A stretch of DNA of 43,989 nt from an uncultured Akkermansia sp. Its GTDB lineage: Bacteria > Verrucomicrobiota > Verrucomicrobiia > Verrucomicrobiales > Akkermansiaceae. Shown here piece by piece: positions 17,783 to 27,790 of this stretch. The number at the start of each line of letters is the position of its first letter. Position 1 is the first letter of the stretch. The translations under genes were made by a program, and so were the position numbers. The notes beneath the pieces were generated by a model. That model had not been told where the DNA came from. It searched no databases and saw only the letters and a list, made by a program, of their open reading frames with translations. The stretch spans positions 1-43,989 of the forward strand of contig CAYJNX010000002.1 in the NCBI GenBank assembly GCA_964371525.1, read 5' to 3'.

Positions 17783-18412
17783 ATGCCTCATTATTTCATC
17801 GCTGGTACAGATACCGATGTGGGAAAGACCTATGTCACCTGCTGCATGCTACGTGATCTTCTCTCACGCGGAGTTCATGCTACTGGCTATAAGCCACTAG
17901 CATGCGGTGATCGCTCAGACGCGCGTGCCATACGGGAAGCGACGGCAAGCAAGCTAAGCCTCGAGCAGATTAATCCCATTTACCTGCGCTCTGCTACTGC
18001 ACCCGCCATCGCGAGTGAGCTAGAGCAGATAGAGATAGATGAAGAGAAAATCATCGCTGGCTACCAAGAACTCGCTTCGCACTACGAATGTGTGCTTGTC
18101 GAAGGGGCAGGGGGCTGGTATGTGCCTTTACGCTCGGGGCGCACCATGGCCGATCTGGCGAAAGATCTAGGACTCCCTGTTATTCTCATCGTCGAGAATA
18201 AGCTAGGCGCGATCAATCACACGCTGCTGACGCTCGATGCGATAAAGAGCCTAGGCTTGCACTGCCATGGTATCATTCTTAACCACCGAGCAGAGGAGTG
18301 GGATCTGGCAAGTCTGACGAATAGACGTCAGATAGAGGAATTCTGCGATGTTCCTGTGCTCGCTGAGCTCATCTCAGGACAGGAAGATATAGACTCAAGC
18401 TTCCTAGACTAG
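17783..18412 (+). CDS. bioD: Dethiobiotin synthase
   Basis: FIAGTDTDVGKT, GYKP, VEGAGG, LGAINHTLLT. Confidence 0.94.
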   Translation: MPHYFIAGTDTDVGKTYVTCCMLRDLLSRGVHATGYKPLACGDRSDARAIREATASKLSLEQINPIYLRSATAPAIASELEQIEIDEEKIIAGYQELASHYECVLVEGAGGWYVPLRSGRTMADLAKDLGLPVILIVENKLGAINHTLLTLDAIKSLGLHCHGIILNHRAEEWDLASLTNRRQIEEFCDVPVLAELISGQEDIDSSFLD

Positions 18413-18481
18413 GGAGCTTGGTATCACAATTTGCAAAGATCTGCGAGGGTCGTGGGGTGAAGCGGGGCAGGCTGACTAGGT

Positions 18482-19216
18482 CTAGCTCTTGCGTATCCAC
18501 GCGAGGAATTCCTTATTCCCTTCCATACCCGTGATGGGCGAGTCATCTACACCCATCCAGACGAGATCGAGTTCGTTGCAAGCGAAATCCTTAATCTTGT
18601 CTATCGCGCGCTGGTGAAGCTCTGGATCTCTGACGATACCGCCAGCACCTATGTCTTCGGGCTGTAGTTCAAATTGGGGTTTGATCAGAAGGAGGAAATC
18701 GCCATCTTCATGTAGGCAAGCTTTCGCGGCGGGGAGAATCTTAGTCAGTGAGATAAAGGAGACATCGCTGACGATGACGTCCACGAGCTCTCCCAGATCC
18801 TCTGGCGTGAGGTAACGAGCATTGAACTGCTCTTTCACCACCACGCGAGGATCGTTTCTGAGTTTCCAGACGAGCTGGTTTGTGCCGACATCAATGGCGT
18901 GCACACGGGTGGCACCGTGCTGGAGGAGGCAATCGGTAAAACCTCCTGTAGAAGACCCTATGTCTAAGCAAGTTTTCCCTGTCACATCAACAGGGAAAGC
19001 CTTCAGAGCCCCCTCCATCTTCAGCCCCCCGCGACTGACGTAGCGGGGTTTGTTCTTGACGGTGATGGGGAAGCTGTCATCCACCTTCGTACCAGGCTTC
19101 GTGACGACCTGATCTTTCACAGATACTTCACCAGCGAGTATGAGGCGCTGAGCCTGTTCTCGTGAATCGCTCAGACCTAGCTGAGTGACGAGGACATCGA
19201 GTCTTTGCTTCGCCAT
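18482..19216 (-). CDS. tlyA: TlyA family rRNA 2'-O-methyltransferase
   Basis: S4 domain (RLDVLV), YVSRGGLK, DIGSSTGGFTD, DVSFISL, LIKPQFE, SPITG..GNKEFL. Confidence 0.95.
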   Translation of the reverse strand: MAKQRLDVLVTQLGLSDSREQAQRLILAGEVSVKDQVVTKPGTKVDDSFPITVKNKPRYVSRGGLKMEGALKAFPVDVTGKTCLDIGSSTGGFTDCLLQHGATRVHAIDVGTNQLVWKLRNDPRVVVKEQFNARYLTPEDLGELVDVIVSDVSFISLTKILPAAKACLHEDGDFLLLIKPQFELQPEDIGAGGIVRDPELHQRAIDKIKDFACNELDLVWMGVDDSPITGMEGNKEFLAWIRKS

Positions 19217-19231
19217 GGAAGAAACGCGTTA

Positions 19232-19561
19232 TTAGTAAGAGCGTAGTGAACGACCGCGACCTGGCATGACGGGGACGACTTCCTTCTTAGGCGTGACTGG
19301 GACTGTCTGGTAGACAGGCGTAGGTGCCGACTTGGTGATGACTTCGGCAGGCTGTTGTCTAGGAGCTACTTTGAACGCCACAGGTGCAGGCTGTGCTACT
19401 GTCATCGGCTCTGCCTGAGTAGCAGGAACGCTAACGAGGGTGAATGAGTTCCACGCAAGCTCTCGTGTCGTGTAGGGCGCAGTCGCGCTAGAGGTGCAGG
19501 AGGAGAGGGCGCTCAGTGCTGCGAGCGCGATGATACTAGTTGTAACTATAGTTTTGTTCAT
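19232..19561 (-). CDS. Hypothetical lipoprotein
   Basis: Start MNKTIV; lipobox LSSC; Pro/Thr/Val-rich low-complexity body. Confidence 0.65.
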   Translation of the reverse strand: MNKTIVTTSIIALAALSALSSCTSSATAPYTTRELAWNSFTLVSVPATQAEPMTVAQPAPVAFKVAPRQQPAEVITKSAPTPVYQTVPVTPKKEVVPVMPGRGRSLRSY

Positions 19562-19581
19562 ATGTAATGTATGGTTGAATA

Positions 19582-20034
19582 TTAAGGAAGAAAAATGCTG
19601 CTTGTTTGTACCCATGTGGCGAGGCAGAAAATAATGCAAATTGAGCTCAATATGATGCGAGTCACGTCGCGTTCACCTTTCGCTGGGCGTTCATTAACTG
19701 CGGGTTTAAAGCTGATGAATCCGATGACAGCGGTGCCAACCCAGAAAAAGAAATACAGGTTTGACCACATAGCACCGCCCATCGTGTCTAGTGCCGCTGG
19801 CACAGCACGCAGGTAGGTGTAAAATGCCATGGGGAGAATCGCGAGAATAGAGAACTCCGCACGAGCTAACTGTGTCATATACAGACGCATCCATACCACA
19901 CCCCAAGTCGTAACGAGAAGAATGAGCGCGAGAATCAGCGCCGCTATAGTGCCTAATAAGTTAAAATAGATAGGGATGCTACTCAATAGGGTGAATAGCG
20001 GGAGCACCCAGTACATGTAAACCTTGCGATTCAT
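19582..20034 (-). CDS. Hypothetical multi-TM membrane protein
   Basis: About five hydrophobic segments; start MNRKVY avoids overlap with the osmC-like gene. Confidence 0.7.
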   Translation of the reverse strand: MNRKVYMYWVLPLFTLLSSIPIYFNLLGTIAALILALILLVTTWGVVWMRLYMTQLARAEFSILAILPMAFYTYLRAVPAALDTMGGAMWSNLYFFFWVGTAVIGFISFKPAVNERPAKGERDVTRIILSSICIIFCLATWVQTSSIFLP

Positions 20035-20051
20035 AACAGAGCTTCGTTGAA

Positions 20052-20468
20052 TTAGCAACTGCAATCTGCCCAAATCCAAGTAATAGGTACTTCGATATCA
20101 GGATGCAGGCTCTGTTTCGCAGGGCAGGTGAGCGCGCAGTTAATCAGGGCTTCACGGTGAGGGGTGTCGGATGGGAGAGGGACGTTGATCGTGACCTCTA
20201 TCTTCGCGATGCGGCGCGGCTCTGCTGCCATCGTCTTGACGACTTCGATGTGCATGCCTGTGAGATCCACATCATTTTGCTGCGCGTAGATCCCCATGAT
20301 AGTCGACATACAGGCACCAACGGAAGCGCACATCATATCAGTGGGTGAGAATGATTCTCCCTTGCCGTGATTATCACATGGAGCATCAGTAATCGCCGTG
20401 ATACCAGAATTGACATGTGTGAGTTGATTGCGAAGCTCGCCTTGATAGTCTATCGTGCACTTAACCAT
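20052..20468 (-). CDS. OsmC/Ohr family protein
   Basis: TDAP.DNHGKGESFSPTD, VGACM and TCPA cysteines; start MVKC supported by the promoter. Confidence 0.9.
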   Translation of the reverse strand: MVKCTIDYQGELRNQLTHVNSGITAITDAPCDNHGKGESFSPTDMMCASVGACMSTIMGIYAQQNDVDLTGMHIEVVKTMAAEPRRIAKIEVTINVPLPSDTPHREALINCALTCPAKQSLHPDIEVPITWIWADCSC

Positions 20469-20475
20469 ATAAATC

Positions 20476-20504
20476 ATTCTACGTGATTTCCACTCATACG
20501 TCAA
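20476..20504 (-). promoter_or_regulatory. Promoter TTGACG-N17-TAGAAT, predicted leaderless
   Basis: -10 ends 7 nt before ATG 20468. Confidence 0.75.
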
Positions 20505-20576
20505 GATGAAATAGTGATTTACAACTTCACATAACACAGATAATGCCAAATTAATAATTTTGTATAATATTTATGC

Positions 20577-20604
20577 TTGTAGTGACGCGCGAATATGATA
20601 GAAT
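20577..20604 (+). promoter_or_regulatory. Putative promoter TTGTAG-N16-TAGAAT with extended -10 TG
   Basis: -10 ends 10 nt before ATG 20615. Confidence 0.5.
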
Positions 20605-20614
20605 CCCATGACTT

Positions 20615-21556
20615 ATGAGCATAGTTAAAGCGGAACATCTGTACAAGGTTTTTGGACGCCTAGAGGCAGTCAAGGACGCGACTTTCGAAATTGAGAAAGG
20701 CGAAATTGTGGGCTTTCTAGGCCCTAATGGTGCGGGTAAAACGACGACGATGAAAATGCTCACAGGCTATTTACCACCTACAGCAGGAACAGCTAGTATA
20801 GCTGGCTTTGATATCATTGATAAGTCTCTGGAAGTACGACGCCACATTGGCTATATGCCAGAGAATGTCCCGCTGTATGATGATATGCGCGTCTATGAAT
20901 ATCTCGACTATAGAGCACGGCTCAAGGGTATTCGAGGCTCTTCGGTGCGTCAGCAAATTGGCGAAGCCATCGATCACTGTGGCTTGGAGGTGAAAAAGTC
21001 AAAGATGATCAATACGCTCTCAAAAGGCTATCGCCAGCGTGTTGGTCTCGCGGATGCTCTCTTAGGCAGCCCTGAGCTTTTGATACTTGATGAACCTACC
21101 AATGGCCTCGATCCGAATCAGATACGTCAGATCCGCGAGCTGATCAAGCACCTAGCTGTCGACCACACGGTCATTCTCTCGACGCATATTCTCAGCGAAG
21201 TTGAAATGATCGCTAATAAGGTCGTGATCATTGATCAGGGGCTCATTAAGGCTTCCGACACGCCTCAGAACTTAACTAAGGGGCTACGCACAGCGGGACG
21301 TGTGAGTTTAGAGTTCAAGGGGCAGCTTGAGCCGATTGTCGCAGAACTCTCCCAGTTCGATGCGATTAAGAAAGTTATTCACAACGAAACCACGGAAGAT
21401 GGCTGGCATTCACTCACCCTTCGCGCTGAGCCAAAGACTGACACACGCGAGGTGGCTGCTAATATCATCAGCTCTTATGGTTTCTCTCTACGCCAGATGT
21501 ACAGACATATTCCCACCCTAGAAGACGTGTTTGTTGAAATGACACGTCACGATTGA
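20615..21556 (+). CDS. ABC transporter ATP-binding protein (GldA-like)
   Basis: Walker A GPNGAGKTT, signature LSKGYRQR, Walker B LILDEPT, STHILSEV. Confidence 0.93.
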   Translation: MSIVKAEHLYKVFGRLEAVKDATFEIEKGEIVGFLGPNGAGKTTTMKMLTGYLPPTAGTASIAGFDIIDKSLEVRRHIGYMPENVPLYDDMRVYEYLDYRARLKGIRGSSVRQQIGEAIDHCGLEVKKSKMINTLSKGYRQRVGLADALLGSPELLILDEPTNGLDPNQIRQIRELIKHLAVDHTVILSTHILSEVEMIANKVVIIDQGLIKASDTPQNLTKGLRTAGRVSLEFKGQLEPIVAELSQFDAIKKVIHNETTEDGWHSLTLRAEPKTDTREVAANIISSYGFSLRQMYRHIPTLEDVFVEMTRHD

Positions 21557-21585
21557 TTATTTTACATTATCCCTCTTTACCTCTC

Positions 21586-22449
21586 ATGCCATTGGAATCC
21601 CCCACTCCTCCAGATAAGCCACAGATTGTCAGCTCGTCTGCCAAGTCTATTCAGCGTAGTCGAAACTCATTTCGAACCATTTATATCATCTTCATGCGAG
21701 AGCTTCGCAGCTACTTAGCCACTCCATTCGGTTGGGTTATCTTGGCATGTACCATGGGGTTACAGGCGTTCTCGCTGCAAGCTGTGTTGAAAATCATGAG
21801 CATAGGCTCTGATGAAGGCATCATGTACCACATGCTGGATAATATTACTTTCTGGTTCTATTTCATCTTCCTTACTCCTCTCATTACAATGCGTAGTTTT
21901 GCAGAAGAAGAGCGCATGGGGACGCTTGAAGGATTACTGACAGCACCAGTTACCACGACGCATATTCTTCTCGGTAAATACCTAGCAGCCTATCTTTTCT
22001 ACATTATTATATGGATGCCCATGATGCTCTATCCTTGGCTCAGTGAGTTAGCGAACACGCTCACGCTGAAGTTCTACGGCGTACAGTCAATGGGACAGAT
22101 CGAGTACAGACTTGCTGACTGGTATGGTGCGTTTGGCATATTGTTCTTAACAGGGAGCTTCTTTATCGCGCTGGGCATACTGTGCTCCTCTCTCACGAGA
22201 AGTCAAATCATCGCCGCCATCGTCTGTACCTGTATGATGATAACTTATTATTTCATGGGGGCTGTTACGGATCTATGGGGCGAGTTCCCTGCGGCAGATT
22301 TCTTCCACTACATATCTATCAAGGATCAGATCACGTCATTCTCTCGCGGGCTGATTGACTCTCGTCCCTTTGTGCTATATATATCGCTCACTGTGTTCAC
22401 CCTTGCACTGACGCGCCGCATTGTCGACTATCGTCGCTGGAGACGCTAA
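21586..22449 (+). CDS. ABC-2 permease (GldF-like)
   Basis: RELRSYLATP, PLITMRSFAEEERMGTLE.LLTAPV, LGKYLA, FSRGLID. Confidence 0.88.
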   Translation: MPLESPTPPDKPQIVSSSAKSIQRSRNSFRTIYIIFMRELRSYLATPFGWVILACTMGLQAFSLQAVLKIMSIGSDEGIMYHMLDNITFWFYFIFLTPLITMRSFAEEERMGTLEGLLTAPVTTTHILLGKYLAAYLFYIIIWMPMMLYPWLSELANTLTLKFYGVQSMGQIEYRLADWYGAFGILFLTGSFFIALGILCSSLTRSQIIAAIVCTCMMITYYFMGAVTDLWGEFPAADFFHYISIKDQITSFSRGLIDSRPFVLYISLTVFTLALTRRIVDYRRWRR

Positions 22450-22477
22450 TCACTCACAACACCACTTTCTTACAAGT

Positions 22478-24004
22478 ATGAAAAGTCAAAAGAACCCTAA
22501 GGCTCGCGGCATGAAGAAAAACCCACTCGCGTGGGTGAATATAGTCCTGCTCGCCATCCTCGTCATCACCTTTAATTTCATATCCAGTCAGGAGTATACG
22601 AAGCGAGACTTAACAGAGGAGCAGAAATACACCATATCTGAGCGTACGATTAATATCCTCAATAGTAAGCGTATACAGGAGTTTTCGGCAGAGGGTGAGG
22701 AGCATCCTATTCGCATCATCTTTGCCTTCCAGCGCAGCACGCGCAATTATCCTCGTATGTACTCGCTTCTTGAGGAGTACAAGCGTCACAGTAATGGAAA
22801 AATAGAGATCGAGGTATTCGACCCCCTGCGTCAGCCACACCGTGCACGCGAGATTTCGCAAATCTATGGCGTGGATTTCACCCAGAACTTAGCGGTCGTC
22901 GATGCGAGAAAGAATCCATCCATAGCGATGCAAACATTCGAAGAGCGCAGCGACCGTAAGCATGTGCGTATTCGCCCTGGTGCCTCCTTTATCAAGTACA
23001 AGACGCTTCCTGATATGTCTAAGCGCGCTGTCGCGTTAATGATGGATGAGGTCTTAAGTTCCGCCATAGTAGAAGCTGTAGAGGGTGATATGCGTCAGAT
23101 GTATGTCGTCGAGGGTAAGGGTGGTGTGTCTCGTGACGAGAAGCGTTTACTTGGTCAGATTGAAGAAGTCGCCGCGTCTCTAAACATTCAGTTATCATGG
23201 ATTAATCTGTCGACTATAGAAAAACTGCCAAGTAATGCAGAGGGGCTCTTTATCATCGCGCCTCATACTGATTTCACGGATCAAGAAATGTCTGTTGTTC
23301 GCGAATTCTGGGAAAGGGAGAAAAAGCATGCCCTGTTCGTCGCGCTCGATCCCGTGAATACAGAACTCCCTCGCTTCTATCGCTTCATCAGAGAGCAGGG
23401 TATACGCCCGAATCAAGACCGCGTCTTATTACGCGATCGCGATCGTGCTTACTATAACATTACGGCCATCTTCCCCGAGGGGCTGAATGCCACACGCTCC
23501 TTCTGGTATCAGTCAACAAACCTTGAGGGGCAGAGTATGTCCTTTACGCTTGAGCATGCGGATGAGAACTTAGCTTCAATTAAGCAGTTAAATACTTTTG
23601 ATATTCTGCTTTCTTCTCCTGAATACTATGGTGAAACTCGCTCGGACCTCGCCCCTAGTTTCAATCCTGAAGAAGATAAAGAGGGTCCTCTCTGTCTCGG
23701 TGCCGCTGTCACGCGCGGATCATACAATGATCCTAACAAGCTTTCGACCATGCTAGTGCTGGGAAATACTGACATCCTTGCAAAGGAAGGCAGTAAGCGA
23801 GAGCAGCGCGATTACATCCGCACTCTGACAGCATGGATGACTGATAGAACTGAATACGCAGGCAAGAGTGCGAACGAGGACCTGACGATGAAGATCGACC
23901 TGAATCGTCATTCTCAGAGCTTCTTAGAATACCTTACTCTCTTAGGTCTTCCGTTTTCGGCACTTCTCATGGCACTAGTCATTTGGAATACCCGTCGTCA
24001 TTAA
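22478..24004 (+). CDS. GldG-family ABC auxiliary protein
   Basis: N-terminal TM, DLTEEQKYTISERT, LLEEY, IIAPHTDF, GPLCLG, C-terminal TM ending WNTRRH. Confidence 0.82.
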   Translation: MKSQKNPKARGMKKNPLAWVNIVLLAILVITFNFISSQEYTKRDLTEEQKYTISERTINILNSKRIQEFSAEGEEHPIRIIFAFQRSTRNYPRMYSLLEEYKRHSNGKIEIEVFDPLRQPHRAREISQIYGVDFTQNLAVVDARKNPSIAMQTFEERSDRKHVRIRPGASFIKYKTLPDMSKRAVALMMDEVLSSAIVEAVEGDMRQMYVVEGKGGVSRDEKRLLGQIEEVAASLNIQLSWINLSTIEKLPSNAEGLFIIAPHTDFTDQEMSVVREFWEREKKHALFVALDPVNTELPRFYRFIREQGIRPNQDRVLLRDRDRAYYNITAIFPEGLNATRSFWYQSTNLEGQSMSFTLEHADENLASIKQLNTFDILLSSPEYYGETRSDLAPSFNPEEDKEGPLCLGAAVTRGSYNDPNKLSTMLVLGNTDILAKEGSKREQRDYIRTLTAWMTDRTEYAGKSANEDLTMKIDLNRHSQSFLEYLTLLGLPFSALLMALVIWNTRRH

Positions 24005-24023
24005 CGATTCACTGATCGCCCTC

Positions 24024-26276
24024 ATGCGTTATCTATCTACCATTATTCTTGCTATCCTGACCCTATCTATCTTTGGGGTGGCTACATTACTCGTCGTTGA
24101 CGGTAATCTCGCGCGATTGACTGGCTGGTACCGCTTTAAGAAGGGAGAATCGCTCTTCCAGCTTAGAACACCTGAGCAGCTAGCACAGATCGACTGGATA
24201 CGTATCGCAGATCTTCACGACAGACTAGCCTGTGAGCGTCAAGTCGATGGTAGCTGGTGGATTACGGAGCCATTCGTCGATCGTATGGATCCCGTGGCTG
24301 CGCAAGCTTTACTCAGCTTTACGCAGCAGGCGACTCTCGTAGATACACTTCCTCTGGACAGATCGACGGAAGGTAGCTTGCGTGAGTTTGGGGTAGAAAC
24401 TTCCCCTTATGAGATCACGCTGAAACGCCCTGTGGGTGATGACCGCACCACTGTTGCTCGCTATACACTAGGAGCGACTGCACCGTGGTTTGCAGATACT
24501 GCTGATGATAAAACAGTAATACCTACCACCTACCTACGCACCGATTTTTATGGAAATGACCAGAGAATTCATGTCGTAACTGGGAATATCTTAAGTATCT
24601 TTGATAACGGTCTTAACGGACTTCGTGATCAGTCCCCCTTGAGTTTCAATCCTGATGATATTCTCGCTCTCCGTATTTCCAGTGGGCAGGAGTCGTCTGA
24701 TATAAGCGCTCAACGCGCCAGTGCCCAAGCACCATGGACGATCACCAAGCCCATTATTACGAAGGCTGATATCTATGCATTAGATGATCTCATGGCAGAT
24801 TTACTGAAAATTAAAGCCTTGCGCGTCGAGGATGCTTCAGCCGTCGACTTGAGCAAGCAAGGCACACCAGTCATTTTTAGCCTCACTGATAATCATGGCC
24901 AAGTCCGTACTCTGAGTATCTACCCTGCATTCGTATCGGAAACAGATGACTCGAAGATTAGCTACGCCACAGTATCAGATAGAAATGTCGTCTTCACTCT
25001 AGCCGCATCCCCTCGCATGATGCGAAAAGGAAGTTACGCACGTATTATCAATGCTTCCTTCTCTTTACCCCTCCTTCCTGATCCTATCCTAAAGCAGCTT
25101 CGCGAGGGAAATACCCCTATCTACACAGAAGATCTAGCTTATTCGCTTGATAATCTGCGATCTCTGGAGCTCTGCTCAGTTCCCGAGCAGGATATAGCAC
25201 GCGTGTCAGTGAATACGCCTTATGCGCAAGCCCCTTTACGCCTCATTCTCATTCCTGGCGATGCCGATAGTAAAGTGCCTGCGAAATGGATGTTTTCCTC
25301 CTCATCTGACTACGAAGAAGCTGATGAACCACGCGTGAAGAACTTCTTGCAGTCGCTGAACAAGACACCTCTGGCGCGAGTTATCAGAGATATTAAATCG
25401 ACGGATAGTTACTACGACGTTCTACACGAGTATGGTCTGGATCAGCCAGATTATAGTATAACCTTGCTTCCCTTGCCTTGTAGCTATCGCTCTACCATCT
25501 TCGGACATGATATGCCACTTATAAAAGATAGACCCCCTATCAGTTATATTATCAAGTATCAGCGTGCGATGACCAGTGATGAGCCTGCCACATGGATTAT
25601 TCATGAGCGCGGTAGTAATATAATAGGTGAACTGCCTACAAGCATCGCGAGGTATCTTTCCTTAGATAAATATCAGTGGAAGGATAAGCACGCGGTTGAT
25701 TTCCCCATCTCGGCGGTGAAAACGCTGACCATGAATTTTCAATCTGCTAGTATTAAACTCCATTTTGACTACATAGGCGACAGATGGACGGGCACGCTAG
25801 ATGGTAAAGATATTAGTTTACGTATCAATCCCCACCGCGCGTTGAGTTACCTGCGCAATCTGAACAATATGCGCGTCATCCGATGGCTGCAACCTACTCA
25901 TCAAGCTGCCCTGAAAGCGTTGGAAAATCCTGTGTTCACAGTATCTCTGGATCTTGAGTTGAGCGTCATCTCTCAACGCGAGGGCTACATCGTCGATAGT
26001 AATAGATCTGATGCAGAGCAAATCGAAAGAAATCAGCAAGAGCAAGAGGGAGTTAATGCTGAAGACTACATAGCGAATGCTACGAATGACGACGCGATTA
26101 TAGATACACTTTTTGCAGACGATGCGAAAGAGAAGAAAACCCTCACCCTCATGATCGCTCCTGTCAACATGAATAGGGAAGATACTCCCTTCTACGCGAG
26201 AATTGTAGAGACAGGCGAAGTCTTCATCATCAGCAAAGAAAGCGCATGGGGTCTTGCGAATAATCTATTAGACTAA
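24024..26276 (+). CDS. DUF4340-domain protein
   Basis: N-terminal TM; repeated W.ITEP/W.ITKP and EFGV/EYGLD.P elements; follows the GldG-like gene as is typical. Confidence 0.72.
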   Translation: MRYLSTIILAILTLSIFGVATLLVVDGNLARLTGWYRFKKGESLFQLRTPEQLAQIDWIRIADLHDRLACERQVDGSWWITEPFVDRMDPVAAQALLSFTQQATLVDTLPLDRSTEGSLREFGVETSPYEITLKRPVGDDRTTVARYTLGATAPWFADTADDKTVIPTTYLRTDFYGNDQRIHVVTGNILSIFDNGLNGLRDQSPLSFNPDDILALRISSGQESSDISAQRASAQAPWTITKPIITKADIYALDDLMADLLKIKALRVEDASAVDLSKQGTPVIFSLTDNHGQVRTLSIYPAFVSETDDSKISYATVSDRNVVFTLAASPRMMRKGSYARIINASFSLPLLPDPILKQLREGNTPIYTEDLAYSLDNLRSLELCSVPEQDIARVSVNTPYAQAPLRLILIPGDADSKVPAKWMFSSSSDYEEADEPRVKNFLQSLNKTPLARVIRDIKSTDSYYDVLHEYGLDQPDYSITLLPLPCSYRSTIFGHDMPLIKDRPPISYIIKYQRAMTSDEPATWIIHERGSNIIGELPTSIARYLSLDKYQWKDKHAVDFPISAVKTLTMNFQSASIKLHFDYIGDRWTGTLDGKDISLRINPHRALSYLRNLNNMRVIRWLQPTHQAALKALENPVFTVSLDLELSVISQREGYIVDSNRSDAEQIERNQQEQEGVNAEDYIANATNDDAIIDTLFADDAKEKKTLTLMIAPVNMNREDTPFYARIVETGEVFIISKESAWGLANNLLD

Positions 26277-26297
26277 TTTTAAACACGAAACATCACT

Positions 26298-27152
26298 ATG
26301 TGGCACTGGCAGCATCAAGTACCTATTTCTGAAGAATCTTACTGGCAAGAGCTCCTTGCACAGTATCCTAATAGTGTTCTCTCGCAGAACTTTGCAGCGA
26401 CAAAACTCGAAATGGACGTTTACTGGAATGAAGAGCACGAAGCCCTCATCTTCGCAGCTTGCCATGGCGGTAAAGTTCAGCCACTCGTCGCAACAGACTG
26501 GGTAGCGGAGACCGCTCCTGAGAATCGCCCCCCTCTCCTCATACGTCAGCAAATCGTCATCAGCTCAAGCGATGATGCTGCTGTCATGGATGCGCTACGA
26601 GAGCGCTACCCTAAGCGCATCATTCTTACCATGCCTGCGGAAATGGCTTTCGGTACGGGGGATCATGCCACGACGTCCACCTGCTTACGCCTGCTTTGCG
26701 ACTATGCGAAGTCAAGAGAAGCTGGCAGCTGGAGGCTGACAGATGCGGGCTGTGGGACAGCTATTCTAGCTCTAGCTGGTTTGAAACTTGGTGCGCGTAG
26801 TGCCATAGCTTATGACTTTGACCCACAGGCGATAGAGATTTCTCAGCGAAATATTGAGAGAAACGGCGGTGCTGAGCAGCTTAACTTATTCCAAGCCGAC
26901 GTCTTCGAATGGGAAGCCGCAGAAGAGGAACTCGCAGACATCCTGCTGGCGAATCTCTTTTCCACCGTGCTCCAGAAGGCCTTCCCCATGCTCAAGCGCA
27001 GTATGAAAAAGAATGGCATACTCATCATTTCAGGCATCTTAAAAGAGCAGGCTGATGAGACGATAGCCATAGCACAGCAGCATGGTCTCGTGCTAGAAAA
27101 ACGCATCACGCGCGGCAAATGGACGACGGCGCAACTCATCCTCCCTGCATGA
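26298..27152 (+). CDS. prmA: Ribosomal protein L11 methyltransferase
   Basis: MAFGTGDHATT, DAGCGTAIL, LANL, IISGIL. Confidence 0.9.
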   Translation: MWHWQHQVPISEESYWQELLAQYPNSVLSQNFAATKLEMDVYWNEEHEALIFAACHGGKVQPLVATDWVAETAPENRPPLLIRQQIVISSSDDAAVMDALRERYPKRIILTMPAEMAFGTGDHATTSTCLRLLCDYAKSREAGSWRLTDAGCGTAILALAGLKLGARSAIAYDFDPQAIEISQRNIERNGGAEQLNLFQADVFEWEAAEEELADILLANLFSTVLQKAFPMLKRSMKKNGILIISGILKEQADETIAIAQQHGLVLEKRITRGKWTTAQLILPA

Positions 27153-27784
27153 ATATCCTCGCCATAGAATGCTCTCTGACTCCGTCATCACTCTGCCTCA
27201 TGAATGATGAGGGAGCTCTCCTCTACCACTATGAGTGGTCGGTGGATAGGAATCACGATGCGGAGCTTTTCCCCGCACTGGAGCAGTGTATGTCTATCTT
27301 GGGTGATAGCCCACTGGATCTCATCTTGATCGGTTCGGGACCTGGTAGTTATGGCGGAGTACGCGTCGCCTTGGCGGCGGCAGAAGGCATTTCTATCGTA
27401 CGTGGTAGCAGGCTCGCCGCCATAGACTCATGGGCGCAGCTTGCGAAAGAGGGGCGAGAATGGATTATTTCCGACGCGAAGCGCGGCGGCTGGACTCTGC
27501 GTCACCCAGACGGACTTATTGAAGTCACCACAGCAGAGATGATCAAGGAACTTATCGCGAAGGGTGAAACCATAGTCAGTGTAGAATCTTCTGATCAGCT
27601 CATGAAGCATGAGTTTTCACAAGTAGAAGCAAGCCTCGTGCCTACAGCTCAGGGGCTCGTTAAGAGCTGGCAGAGCATGAAGGAAGAGGCTCAGCAGAAA
27701 ATCCTTAACACACCACCTGCTCCTATTTACGTTCGCCAGCCTCATATCACGAAGGCGAAGCGGAAACCATGGGAATGCGGCTGA
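27149..27784 (+). CDS. tsaB: tRNA threonylcarbamoyladenosine biosynthesis protein TsaB
   Basis: MNILAIECS (ATGA overlap with prmA), GPGSYGGVRV, DAKRG, PIYVR. Confidence 0.9.
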   Translation: MNILAIECSLTPSSLCLMNDEGALLYHYEWSVDRNHDAELFPALEQCMSILGDSPLDLILIGSGPGSYGGVRVALAAAEGISIVRGSRLAAIDSWAQLAKEGREWIISDAKRGGWTLRHPDGLIEVTTAEMIKELIAKGETIVSVESSDQLMKHEFSQVEASLVPTAQGLVKSWQSMKEEAQQKILNTPPAPIYVRQPHITKAKRKPWECG

Positions 27785-27790
27785 TTGAAT

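Noticed and set aside
17783..18412. bioD isolated from other biotin genes
   Set aside because: Scattered pathway genes are the norm in this window (argH, tal, parE without parC); not distinctive.
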